Shown here in pieces: positions 30,354 to 40,026 of a stretch of DNA of 64,000 bases. Where the stretch lies: assembly GCA_944325735.1 (NCBI GenBank), contig CALVBI010000003.1:85051-149050 (forward strand). Reading direction: 5' to 3'. Origin of the DNA: Candidatus Gastranaerophilales bacterium (lineage in GTDB: Bacteria; Cyanobacteriota; Vampirovibrionia; Gastranaerophilales; Gastranaerophilaceae). Every line of letters starts with the position of its first letter. The stretch's first letter is position 1. A program made the translations under genes and the position numbers. Below the pieces are notes generated by a model. That model saw only the letters and a program-made list of their open reading frames with translations. It was not told where the DNA came from and did no database searches.

Positions 30354-31661
30354 TTATTTAAAACGTTTTCCAACGCAAGAATATTCAAAACCTCTTTGAA
30401 TTAAACGTTCTCCATCATATTGATTTCTGCCATCAAAAATTATAGGCGATTTCATCAATTCTTTTACTTTATCAAAATCAGGACGTCTGAATTCATTCCA
30501 TTCTGTCAAAAGTAAAAGACAATCTGCGCCATCTATAGCATCATAAGAATTTTTAGCATAAGTAATTCTATCTCCCCAAATATTTTTAGCTTGCTCAAAA
30601 CCTTTTGGGTCAAATGCTTTAACTTTAGCACCAAATTCCAATAAGAAATTAATTATTGTAATAGCAGGAGACATTCTCATATCATTAGTTTTAGGTTTGA
30701 ATGTCAATCCCCAAACTGCAAATGTTTTACCAGCAAGATTCATCCCAAAACGAGCTAATATTTTATTTATAAAAATAACTCTTTGTTCTTTATTCACCTC
30801 ATCAGCAGCTTCAATTAAACGATATCCGCAATTGTTATCTTTTGCAGTTTTTAATAAAGCTTTTACATCTTTTGGAAAACAACTGCCACCATAACCTAAA
30901 CCTGGGAATAAGAATTGAGATCCGATACGTTTATCAGAACACATTCCAATTCTTACCATTTCAGCATCAGCTCCTACAGCCTCACAAATATTAGCGATTT
31001 CATTTGCATAAGAAATTTTAACTGCAAGAAATGAATTCGCGGCATATTTTGTCATTTCTGCTGATTTTACATCCATAATTACAAATCTGCTAGCTGTTCT
31101 GAAAAATGGAGCATAGACTTCTTGCATAATTGCAGTTGCTTTTGGAGAATTAGACCCTATTACAACTCTATCTGGTTTTAAAAAGTCATCTACAGCTGCA
31201 CCTTGTTTTAAAAATTCAGGATTAGATACAACATCAAATTCTCCATCATAATGTTTTTTGATAATCTCAGTTACTCTATCTGCAGTACCTACAGGGACAG
31301 TAGATTTATCAACAATAACTTTATATCCATTCATTGCTTTACCAATACTTTCAGCAACTTGTTCCACATAATGCAAATCTGCAGAACCGTCCTCACTTTG
31401 AGGAGTACCAACAGCAATAAAACATACCAAAGATTTTTTTACAGAATCATCTAAATCAGAAGAAAATTTTAATCTCCCTTCCATCACATTAGCTTTTATT
31501 AATTCTTCTAAACCCGGCTCATAAATTGGGACAATGCCATTTTCTAATTTTTGCAATTTTTCTAAATCATTATCTACACAAATTACATCATTTCCCATAT
31601 CGGCAAGGCATGTACCTGCAACTAATCCTACATAACCTGTACCTATAACGCAAATTTTCAT
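30354..31661 (-). CDS. ugd: UDP-glucose 6-dehydrogenase
   Basis: MKICVIGTGYVG, KSTVPVGT, NPEFLKQG, GYGGSCFPKD, FKPKTNDMR. Confidence 0.95.
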   Translation of the reverse strand: MKICVIGTGYVGLVAGTCLADMGNDVICVDNDLEKLQKLENGIVPIYEPGLEELIKANVMEGRLKFSSDLDDSVKKSLVCFIAVGTPQSEDGSADLHYVEQVAESIGKAMNGYKVIVDKSTVPVGTADRVTEIIKKHYDGEFDVVSNPEFLKQGAAVDDFLKPDRVVIGSNSPKATAIMQEVYAPFFRTASRFVIMDVKSAEMTKYAANSFLAVKISYANEIANICEAVGADAEMVRIGMCSDKRIGSQFLFPGLGYGGSCFPKDVKALLKTAKDNNCGYRLIEAADEVNKEQRVIFINKILARFGMNLAGKTFAVWGLTFKPKTNDMRMSPAITIINFLLEFGAKVKAFDPKGFEQAKNIWGDRITYAKNSYDAIDGADCLLLLTEWNEFRRPDFDKVKELMKSPIIFDGRNQYDGERLIQRGFEYSCVGKRFK

Positions 31662-31763
31662 CTCTACTCCTTTTAATTCCTTATTAATTATCAGAATAAC
31701 ACAAAAATTTTTTTTATGAGATAATATCAATATATAAATTTTATTAAAAGAAGAGGGATATAC

Positions 31764-33602
31764 ATGGATTACAAATTAAAAAATACAGCATCAAAAGATG
31801 CTTTCAATTATAAATATTTATTAGGAAAAATTTACCCTTACATAAAACCTGTTTTAGGCAGAGCTATAATAAATCTTATTATTGCAATTCCACTAGGGCT
31901 TTTAGATGGTGTAGTTGCAATTGCATTAAAACCGTATTTAGACTTTGTAATAAATGGCAATCCCGAACATACTTGGACTTATTTCGGAATCACCGTACAT
32001 TCACAAGCATTCCTAGCAAGTATAATTCCATTTGGGATAGTTGCATTCGCTTTATTTCAAGGGATTTTAAAATATCTTAGTAACTACCTAACAGATTGGA
32101 CAGGACAAAAAATGTCAATGTCCTTAAAAAAAGACTTATTTAGAAAATTAACATCAATGGATCCTCAATTTTTTGACGTTAATTCTTCTGGTATTGTACT
32201 TACAAGATTCTTATCAGATCCAGATACAGCATCAAGAAATATTATAGATATGCTAAAATCATTTATAGCAACATTTTTTGGACTCATTGGACTTGTCGGA
32301 GTATTATTATATAACTCTTGGAAACTTGCCATTATCGGAGTTACTATAATGGCCATTGCAATTACTCCTGTAACTCTTATCAGAAAAAGGATTAAGAAAG
32401 TTTCAAACGCAACAATGGTTGTAGGCGGGAATATGGCAACTAACTTTAACGAAACTTTTGCCGGTAACAAAATTATGACAGCTTATAACTTACAAAATGA
32501 CCAAAATAAAAAATTTGATAATCAGATACAGGAACAATTCCATCTTGCAATGTCTTTGACAAAACGAGTAGGTTGGATGTCTCCAATCATGTATTTTGTA
32601 TGTTCTATTGGTATTGCTCTTGTTATGGCTTATGGAAACCACTTGATATTAACAGGAGAAATGACTGCAGGAAGTTTTGCTTCTTTCGTAACTTCATTAT
32701 TACTTTTATATAAACCAACTAAAACACTTGGAAATACTTTAACAAACTTGCAAAATGTATTCGTTGCAATGAGCAGAGTATTTGAATTATTTGACTTACA
32801 ACCACAAATAAAATCTCCAGAAAATGCTATTCAAATGAAAGGATTAGAAAAATCAATTGATTTTAAAAATGTATGTTTTGAATACGAAGAAAACACTCCA
32901 GTATTAAAAAACTTCTCTCTTCACATTAATAAGGGAGAAACTATGGCACTTGTAGGCAACTCTGGGGGCGGGAAAAGTACAGTTGTTAGCCTATTACCTC
33001 GATTCTATGATGTCAAGTCAGGTTCTATTGAATTTGATGGCATTAATATAAGAAATTTTGATTTGGATTCTTTGAGGCAAAATATTTCATTTGTATTCCA
33101 AGACAACTTCTTATTTTCAGGCACAATTAAAGAGAATATCTTGATGGGAAATGAAAATGCAACCGATGAACAAATTCAAAAAGTTATAGAGATGGCTCAT
33201 TTAGATGAATTCATCCATACATTAGAAAACGGTTTAGATACATATGTTGGAGAACGCGGAACTTCTTTATCAGGAGGTCAAAGACAACGAGTAGCAATTG
33301 CAAGAGCAATGTTAAAAGATGCACCTATTGTTATATTAGATGAAGCTACATCTGCACTTGACAATGAATCAGAAGCAATCGTTCAAAAAGCTCTGGACAA
33401 CTTAATCCAAAATAAAACAGTATTTGTAATTGCGCATAGATTATCAACTATTAAAAATGCTGATAGAATTGCGGTTATAAATGACGGAGAATTAGCAGAA
33501 CTTGGAACTCATGATGAGCTAATTCATATTGAAAACGGTAAATACAGATACCTTTATGAAATGCAATTCAAATCACAAGAAAATGCAGAGGTTCTATCAT
33601 GA
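31764..33602 (+). CDS. msbA: MsbA-like ABC exporter
   Basis: TM domain plus GNSGGGKST, LSGGQRQRVAIARA, LDEATSALD; lipid A flippase role is inferred. Confidence 0.75.
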   Translation: MDYKLKNTASKDAFNYKYLLGKIYPYIKPVLGRAIINLIIAIPLGLLDGVVAIALKPYLDFVINGNPEHTWTYFGITVHSQAFLASIIPFGIVAFALFQGILKYLSNYLTDWTGQKMSMSLKKDLFRKLTSMDPQFFDVNSSGIVLTRFLSDPDTASRNIIDMLKSFIATFFGLIGLVGVLLYNSWKLAIIGVTIMAIAITPVTLIRKRIKKVSNATMVVGGNMATNFNETFAGNKIMTAYNLQNDQNKKFDNQIQEQFHLAMSLTKRVGWMSPIMYFVCSIGIALVMAYGNHLILTGEMTAGSFASFVTSLLLLYKPTKTLGNTLTNLQNVFVAMSRVFELFDLQPQIKSPENAIQMKGLEKSIDFKNVCFEYEENTPVLKNFSLHINKGETMALVGNSGGGKSTVVSLLPRFYDVKSGSIEFDGINIRNFDLDSLRQNISFVFQDNFLFSGTIKENILMGNENATDEQIQKVIEMAHLDEFIHTLENGLDTYVGERGTSLSGGQRQRVAIARAMLKDAPIVILDEATSALDNESEAIVQKALDNLIQNKTVFVIAHRLSTIKNADRIAVINDGELAELGTHDELIHIENGKYRYLYEMQFKSQENAEVLS

Positions 33603-33922
33603 ATAAAATTATAACAAAATGGATAGAACCATATGTTTTACTAGAAACTATTAAACATCAATGTGATCTTATAAAAGATTTTACATTTGACGGCTTTTCA
33701 AAAAATGAAATAAAAAAAGAATTTTTAAAACAGTTAAAAAAAGAAAATTCTTTTGGCCTATATATGAAAAATGTAAATAAATTTTATTTATTCAATGGAA
33801 ATATCGATATTGATAAGATTTTTGAATTAACATCTTCTGATTATGAAAATACAGAAGATCTTAATAAACCTTTTGAAATGGTAGATATGGGAAAAGCTGA
33901 AGCAAGTATTATAAAACTTTAA
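33599..33922 (+). CDS. Hypothetical protein, translationally coupled to the msbA-like gene
   Basis: ATGA overlap; 107 aa. Confidence 0.55.
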   Translation: MNKIITKWIEPYVLLETIKHQCDLIKDFTFDGFSKNEIKKEFLKQLKKENSFGLYMKNVNKFYLFNGNIDIDKIFELTSSDYENTEDLNKPFEMVDMGKAEASIIKL

Positions 33923-35370
33923 TTGTCATTATAACCAAGCTTTACAGCTTTTTGATAGGCAATTTCAGCCTCATCATTTCTCCCTAAATTTTCAAGGATT
34001 ACAGATTTCCAATAATAATTCCACTTATCGCAATCACCGAGCAAAATTGATTTATTCATATAAATTAGAGCTTTTTGATAATTTTCAATCGCTAAATAAC
34101 TACGAGAAAGCCAAAAACAAACAATACCTTTTTCTTTTTCAGCCATTATTTGCAGGCAAATATCAATTGCTTCATTATAACGGCCCAGCATAAAAAGACA
34201 ATACATTTTATCTTGCAAATATAAATCATTTTTTTCTCTTAATAACAGCTTATTCAAATACAAAATAGCTTTTTCATAATCTTTATTTGATATAAAAATT
34301 TGAGCTCGTTTATATTCATGTTTATCACCAGTTGAGAATTCTTTTTCTATTTTATCCAAAATATTTAAGCAGTCATCATATCTTTTCATCTCAAATAGAA
34401 TATCAAATTTTCTATAGTACATATCAGTATTATGCTTATTATTTAATAAATCTAAATTAACATATTCCAAAGCTTTTTTATAATCATTAATTTTTTCATA
34501 CAAATCGCTTAACTCTCCATATACATATGTATATTCAGGATTGTTTTTTATAACCGCCTCTAAAATATTAATAGCTTTTTTATAACGATAACACATTGTA
34601 AATATCGTTGCTTTACGAATAAAATAAGCAGGTTTAGGGTTAATTTTTATAGCTTTATTTATATTTTTAAGAGCTTTTTCTAAATTATTAGACATCAACA
34701 TATCTGAAATACAAGCATACTTTTCATCCTTTGGCAAAAATAAAATTACAAAATATCTGAACAAATTTGTACCATCTATACTTTTAAAAAATATAGAAAT
34801 TTCTGAAACTAATATCAAACCAAACAATAAAATCAGATTATCAAAAGTATTATGCTTCATTTTCAAAGCAGAAATTGAATACTTAAAAATATTTTTATAA
34901 TCATGCTCTAAAAAACAAGCCAAAGCTTTAAAAGTTTCACAAGAAGGATCTTGTTTATTAATTTGCTTTAATTTATTTGAATACTTTTGAGCAATATCAG
35001 AATCTCCTTTCAGATTATAAAAACAAACAGCTGCATAATATGCAAAATAATAATCTTCAGGGCATTTTTCAAGCAGAATTAAAAGATATTTTTCCGCTTT
35101 AGAAATATTTTCTTCGTTTATATATATAATTGTAAGAATATAGTCAGTATAATAATAATCTTCATCTAAATATTTTGCCTTTAAAGCATACTTTAAAGCT
35201 TTAGAATTCTGACCTTTATAATAATAAGCATTAGCAAGAAAAGCGTAATTTTGTGGCGTTTTTTGACCTTTTTCAATACGCTTTTTTAAAAGTTTGACTA
35301 TTTTATTTGCACTGAATGAATTTATTATATATTCCGCATCATCATAAAATGTATAAATATTATCAAACAT
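33919..35370 (-). CDS. Tetratricopeptide-repeat protein
   Basis: Repeated TPR-like units (ALKNINKAIKINP, AYQKAVKLG). Confidence 0.8.
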   Translation of the reverse strand: MFDNIYTFYDDAEYIINSFSANKIVKLLKKRIEKGQKTPQNYAFLANAYYYKGQNSKALKYALKAKYLDEDYYYTDYILTIIYINEENISKAEKYLLILLEKCPEDYYFAYYAAVCFYNLKGDSDIAQKYSNKLKQINKQDPSCETFKALACFLEHDYKNIFKYSISALKMKHNTFDNLILLFGLILVSEISIFFKSIDGTNLFRYFVILFLPKDEKYACISDMLMSNNLEKALKNINKAIKINPKPAYFIRKATIFTMCYRYKKAINILEAVIKNNPEYTYVYGELSDLYEKINDYKKALEYVNLDLLNNKHNTDMYYRKFDILFEMKRYDDCLNILDKIEKEFSTGDKHEYKRAQIFISNKDYEKAILYLNKLLLREKNDLYLQDKMYCLFMLGRYNEAIDICLQIMAEKEKGIVCFWLSRSYLAIENYQKALIYMNKSILLGDCDKWNYYWKSVILENLGRNDEAEIAYQKAVKLGYNDN

Positions 35371-35500
35371 AACTAACCTCAACCAATATATCGGCTGCAA
35401 AAAAAATTACTTGAATTATTTTTACAATTTTTTACATTAGGCAATTTTTTACTACTAAAAAACTTTATATAAATATCAGGGGAATATAAGGGGAAATAAT

Positions 35501-36151
35501 TTGTTTAATTATAATTTTTTCAACTATAACTATAATTATTGCTATTTTCCATTTATGAATTTTTTCATGCCTGCAAATTGCATGCCAATATTCCCATTAC
35601 AAAGTTTTCAAACATATATCCAAAACTCTATTTGGCAAAATGAAAAGGAACAAGAAGTTCCAAAACTTATCGATTCTCTCGTAATTAGAAGTGCAAAAAA
35701 CAACAGTAGTGTAGAAACATTAAATAAAGAAGAGAACTCAAAAGAAACATCCCGCACAAAAATTAACGGGATAGAATACAATGAACAAAAAGGGCAAGCT
35801 CTAGCAGAAAGAGTTCTTGCAGGATTGCCCAAATACAGAAATTATCCACTGTGTGCAAGATATGTAAAAGAAGCAATAAGAGATGTAGGGCTTGGACCAT
35901 ATATAAATGGCAATGGAGAATATTGTAAATATATTCTCAGAGCAAATTCAAATTTTAAAGAAATAAAAGTAAAAGGGAATGACTTAAAAAACCTCCCAGC
36001 AGGCTGTATTATAGTTTATGACAAATATGATGCCGGATATGGCAAAGATGGTCATGTTGAAATTACATTAGGAGATGGAAGAGCTTGTAGTGATGTTATT
36101 ACAGAAGAAATAGAACCATCAAATAACTGTTATGTATTTATTCCTGTTTAA
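35501..36151 (+). CDS. CHAP/NlpC-P60-like Cys-His amidase, paralog 1
   Basis: CARYVKEAI...LPAGCIIVY...GHVEI...SD; low-complexity N-terminus. Confidence 0.65.
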   Translation: MFNYNFFNYNYNYCYFPFMNFFMPANCMPIFPLQSFQTYIQNSIWQNEKEQEVPKLIDSLVIRSAKNNSSVETLNKEENSKETSRTKINGIEYNEQKGQALAERVLAGLPKYRNYPLCARYVKEAIRDVGLGPYINGNGEYCKYILRANSNFKEIKVKGNDLKNLPAGCIIVYDKYDAGYGKDGHVEITLGDGRACSDVITEEIEPSNNCYVFIPV

Positions 36152-36226
36152 ATTTCTTTACAAAAAAGCAATTTTGAAAACAAAAACAACTTTATATATA
36201 TAAGAGGAAAATTAAGGGGATATATT

Positions 36227-36871
36227 GTGAGTTTAGTAAACTTCAACACAAATATACAATATAATTTTCAATTGCCGAAAATAAATACTTCGACAACAAA
36301 TTTTAAATTTACTCCAACTTTAGATTATTTGAGGACACCTTCTGCAAATAATGTGTTTTCTATCTATAATAATAAATTTGCAAAAAATACAAACACATCA
36401 AAAACTAACTATAATTATTCAATAGCAAAAAGTTCTATTAAACCAATAAGTACCAATAAAGTATCAACGACTCTTGAAGACGCAGGTTACGATAAAAGCA
36501 TAGGGTATAGATTAGCAAATACTGCATCTAAAAATGCAGTTGGATTTACAAAGCAATGCGCAACTTATGTAAAAAATGCAATACAACAAAGCGGACTTGG
36601 AGTATATGAATATGGAAATGCATACGAATGTGCAAATATCCTTAAACGAAACAAAAATTTTAAAGAAATCTCGACAAACGGACTAGACCTATCAACTTTA
36701 CCCGCAGGCTGCGTATTAGTTTATGATAAAGGAGTTGCCGGCTACAGTTCAAAATATGGGCATACAGAAATCACCCTTGGGAATGGACAAGCAGTAAGTG
36801 ATGGGGTTACTAATAATATAAGACAAGGAGCAAGAGTATTTGTTCCTGTATCACAAAGCTATGTTGCTTAA
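36227..36871 (+). CDS. CHAP/NlpC-P60-like Cys-His amidase, paralog 2
   Basis: CATYVKNAI...LPAGCVLVY...GHTEI...SD. Confidence 0.65.
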   Translation: MSLVNFNTNIQYNFQLPKINTSTTNFKFTPTLDYLRTPSANNVFSIYNNKFAKNTNTSKTNYNYSIAKSSIKPISTNKVSTTLEDAGYDKSIGYRLANTASKNAVGFTKQCATYVKNAIQQSGLGVYEYGNAYECANILKRNKNFKEISTNGLDLSTLPAGCVLVYDKGVAGYSSKYGHTEITLGNGQAVSDGVTNNIRQGARVFVPVSQSYVA

Positions 36872-37429
36872 TAATTGATCAACAGCTATTGTTAAATTAT
36901 TAAAATCACCATTATTATTTATTACATAATCACTTAATTTAACTTTGTCTTCTTGTGGCATTTGTGAATTTATACGAGATTTTGCATGTTCTATAGTATA
37001 GTTATTGCGTTTTAATAATCTTTCTAAGCGAAGTTTATCATCAGTGTAGACAAAAATAATTTTGTCAAACAACAATTGCATATTAGATTCAAAAAGCAAA
37101 GGAATTCCTACAAATAACAAATCATCAGATTTATTCGCGTCAAAAAATATCTTAATTTCTTCTGCAATTTGGGGATGCATTATTGATGCAATTTTTAATC
37201 TTGCTACTTCATCAGAAAAAATTAATTGAGCAACTTTAAAACGAGAAAATTCTCCATTTTCAAAAACATCATAATTTTTAAAACCATCATATAACTCTTT
37301 ATTATTAACAGTTAATAGTTTTTTGGAAACTTCATCAGTATCCAAAACCTTATATCCTTTCTTCTCTAATATTTTTTGGACAGTAGATTTACCTGATGCA
37401 ATATTTCCACAAATAGCTATTCTTTTCAC
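36851..37429 (-). CDS. coaE: Dephospho-CoA kinase
   Basis: IAICGNIASGKST, DTD, IMHP, IPLLFE, RLERLLKRN, SQMP. Confidence 0.93.
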   Translation of the reverse strand: MKRIAICGNIASGKSTVQKILEKKGYKVLDTDEVSKKLLTVNNKELYDGFKNYDVFENGEFSRFKVAQLIFSDEVARLKIASIMHPQIAEEIKIFFDANKSDDLLFVGIPLLFESNMQLLFDKIIFVYTDDKLRLERLLKRNNYTIEHAKSRINSQMPQEDKVKLSDYVINNNGDFNNLTIAVDQLLSNIAL

Positions 37430-38157
37430 TGTTTTGAAATCCTATTTAAAAAGTTTTTTAACTCTCTAATCTGTATTGGTTTAATCGGTTTAAATTCCCC
37501 GCGTTTTAATCCATCAAGAGTTAATGTAGCATGTTGAATACGTTTTAAAGTTTTTACCTCATATCCGACAGCTTTGAACATTTTTCTGATTTGCCTATTC
37601 ATACCTTGATAAAGAGTAATTCTCATTTCAGTATGACTGCTATCCATTTCCAAGACTTCAATATCCGCATAAGCAATCTTACCAGGCTCTAATTCAATCC
37701 CATTTGCAAGCTGTTCCAGTTCATGTCTGTGTATTGAAGAATTAATTGTAACTAAATAAACTTTAGGAACTTTAACTGATGGGTGAGTTAAAGCATTAAT
37801 TAAATCCCCATCATTTGTTAAAATTAAAAGTCCCGTAGAATCTTTATCTAAACGGCCAACAGGTTTTAAACTGTACAAACTTTCAGGTAACAAATCATAA
37901 ATAGTTTTTCTACCCTGATCATCTTCTCTTGTAGTTATATAACCTGCAGGTTTAAAAAATCTATAATACTGATGTTTTGCAGGTGCAATAAGTTTTTTAT
38001 TAACAAAAACTTTATCTTTAGGCTGCACTAGAAAACCAAGTTCTGTAACGACTTTACCGTTTACACTTACAGAACCTTTTTCAATTAAATCATCAGCTTT
38101 TCGACGAGAACAAAGCCCAGATGAAGCAATATATTTATTTAATCGAACTCCGGACAT
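37426..38157 (-). CDS. rRNA pseudouridine synthase, RsuA/RluB family
   Basis: S4 domain RLNKYIA...SRRKAD, VGRLDKDSTGLLILTNDG, QGMNRQIRKM. Confidence 0.93.
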   Translation of the reverse strand: MSGVRLNKYIASSGLCSRRKADDLIEKGSVSVNGKVVTELGFLVQPKDKVFVNKKLIAPAKHQYYRFFKPAGYITTREDDQGRKTIYDLLPESLYSLKPVGRLDKDSTGLLILTNDGDLINALTHPSVKVPKVYLVTINSSIHRHELEQLANGIELEPGKIAYADIEVLEMDSSHTEMRITLYQGMNRQIRKMFKAVGYEVKTLKRIQHATLTLDGLKRGEFKPIKPIQIRELKNFLNRISKQ

Positions 38158-38177
38158 TTTTTATTCCTTTTTACTAC

Positions 38178-38612
38178 CTAGCAAGTCACAAGAGACTTTT
38201 CATCATCTTTAACAGCTTTTTCAAAACATTCAACAAGCTCTGCAGGCATTCTTCTGTATAATTTACCTGCATTACTTATCGCAACAACATCGAATACAGC
38301 TTCAATAAATACTTTATCAGTTTCTTTAGACTTAATTACCTGCTTGAATGTAACTGACAAGCTATTGAATTTTTCAATCCAAGTTTCAATAATAATAGCA
38401 TCATCTAACTTTGCAGATGCTTTATATTTGACATTCATATTTGTAACAGGCAAAAGAATATCCATCTTTTTCATAGAAACAAGATCAAGTCCTAATGTAT
38501 TACACAAGTCTACACGACCTTTTTCTAACCATCTTAAATATGCACCGTGCCAAACAACGCCATATGCATCTGTATCTGAATAATAAACTTTAGTTTCAAA
38601 AATATTTTTCAT
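38178..38612 (-). CDS. YbgC/4HBT-family acyl-CoA thioesterase
   Basis: [25 protein letters not shown]; start at ATG 38612. Confidence 0.88.
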   Translation of the reverse strand: MKNIFETKVYYSDTDAYGVVWHGAYLRWLEKGRVDLCNTLGLDLVSMKKMDILLPVTNMNVKYKASAKLDDAIIIETWIEKFNSLSVTFKQVIKSKETDKVFIEAVFDVVAISNAGKLYRRMPAELVECFEKAVKDDEKSLVTC

Positions 38613-38642
38613 ACAACTACTATAACACAAAAGGAGAAAAAA

Positions 38643-38780
38643 ATGAAATACGTATGTAATGTTTGCCAATGGATATATGACGAAGAAAACGAAGGTAAGA
38701 AGTTTGAGGAACTTCCTGAAGATTGGGTATGCCCTTTATGCGGAGCAGGAAAAGAAATGTTTAGTGAAATAGAAAAATAA
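38643..38780 (+). CDS. Rubredoxin (45 aa, missed by the ORF track)
   Basis: [14 protein letters not shown]...[17 protein letters not shown]; AAGGAG RBS. Confidence 0.95.
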   Translation: MKYVCNVCQWIYDEENEGKKFEELPEDWVCPLCGAGKEMFSEIEK

Positions 38781-38837
38781 TAATTAATAAATATTAAAAT
38801 ATAGCAATTTTTTTTATTTACATGTTTTACTAATAAC

Positions 38838-39644
38838 GTGACAGGAATTAGTAGTGTAAGAACAGATTACAATAATCAAAACAATTATTATTTACACAAA
38901 AATAATAATTTCTATACACCTGCAAGTTTTCAAGAACCGCAGCCCCAATATAATCCAGAAAAAGCGGTTTTAACTGCAGGTCTTTTACAAGCATTTGCAT
39001 TATTCTTACATAAAGCATCTGAATGGTGCGGGAATAAATTAATGCAGGGCAAAGAATTTACTAATGAAGAAAATGTAAAACAAATTGCTCAAAATATGGT
39101 CAACAAAAACAAATTAAATGTTAATGTTGACTTTATTGATGCAAATAATATAAATAAATACCCTAAAGTTCTACAAGAAGCACTAAAACCTGTTGCAAGA
39201 GGAGAAAACGCATTTTATACTGACCAATTTAAACTTGCAGTAGCACCAAAGAATAAACCTTCTTTGATATTACATGAATTAGGTCATGCCATAAACGCAC
39301 ACAAAGGTAAATTCTTAAAATTCTTACAAAAATCAAGAATGTTTGTATCTGCAGTCCCAACTGCACTAATAATGCTTAACGGACTATCAAAACAAGATGA
39401 TAACAAACCTAGTTTCATAGAAAGAAATGCCGGAAAAATTGGTTTTGCTGCATTTTTACCAACAATTATAGAAGAAGGTCTGGCATCAATTAGAGGTGTA
39501 AAAGCAGCTAAAGCAACACTTGGTAACTCTGCAAATCTTAAGCCACTAAAAAGAAATTACTTCTTTGCTTGGCTAACTTATTTAATTGCTGGCATTGGGC
39601 TTGGTGTCGCAGCCAAACAAAGTGTTATAGAAAATAAAAGATAA
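38838..39644 (+). CDS. Putative membrane zinc metallopeptidase
   Basis: ILHELGH...EEGLAS zinc motif, hydrophobic segments; GTG start. Confidence 0.7.
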   Translation: MTGISSVRTDYNNQNNYYLHKNNNFYTPASFQEPQPQYNPEKAVLTAGLLQAFALFLHKASEWCGNKLMQGKEFTNEENVKQIAQNMVNKNKLNVNVDFIDANNINKYPKVLQEALKPVARGENAFYTDQFKLAVAPKNKPSLILHELGHAINAHKGKFLKFLQKSRMFVSAVPTALIMLNGLSKQDDNKPSFIERNAGKIGFAAFLPTIIEEGLASIRGVKAAKATLGNSANLKPLKRNYFFAWLTYLIAGIGLGVAAKQSVIENKR

Positions 39645-39660
39645 AATAATAAAAAACCTC

Positions 39661-39689
39661 TTGACGTAAAAAAATGTTTATCATAGAAT
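39661..39689 (+). promoter_or_regulatory. Sigma70 promoter of the tRNA-Pro unit
   Basis: TTGACG-17-TAGAAT. Confidence 0.75.
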
Positions 39690-39727
39690 AAAACTTGTCG
39701 CAAGTTTAGCGATTGAAAATTAAATAT

Positions 39728-39815
39728 CGGGATGTGGCACTCTGCCGAGTGAAACAATCCAGTGAATTGTTTCACGAGAGGTGGTAGCGCACTTTCAAAT
39801 GTGAAACATTTGAAA
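39728..39815 (+). repeat. Degenerate copy of the tRNA-Pro 5' end interrupted by palindromes
   Basis: cgggatgtggc (39728-39738 = 39828-39838) and tggtagcgcac (39782-39792 = 39845-39855); two 10-bp hairpins. Confidence 0.8.
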
Positions 39816-39827
39816 AACATAAACCGT

Positions 39828-39904
39828 CGGGATGTGGCGCAGCTTGGTAGCGCACCTCGCTTGGGACGAGGGGGTCGCACGTTCAAATCGTGTCATCCCG
39901 ACCA
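39828..39904 (+). tRNA. tRNA-Pro(TGG)
   Basis: CGGGATG/CATCCCG stem, cctcg-ctTGGga-cgagg, encoded CCA. Confidence 0.96.
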
Positions 39905-39910
39905 TTTAGA

Positions 39911-39939
39911 AAAGATTGACAACAAGTCAATCTTTTTTT
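39911..39939 (+). terminator. Intrinsic terminator after tRNA-Pro
   Basis: aaagattgac-aacaa-gtcaatcttt plus T-run. Confidence 0.8.
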
Positions 39940-40026
39940 ATTGTTTACAATTTATTGACTTGACTCTACTTTTATAATAAACTTCTGGAGAAGAGATTTT
40001 ACACTATTAAATGAGGATTAGGGAAA

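Noticed and set aside
8745-39977. ORFs 8745..8966, 39578..39886 and 39762..39977
   Set aside because: They are artefacts overlapping tRNA genes.
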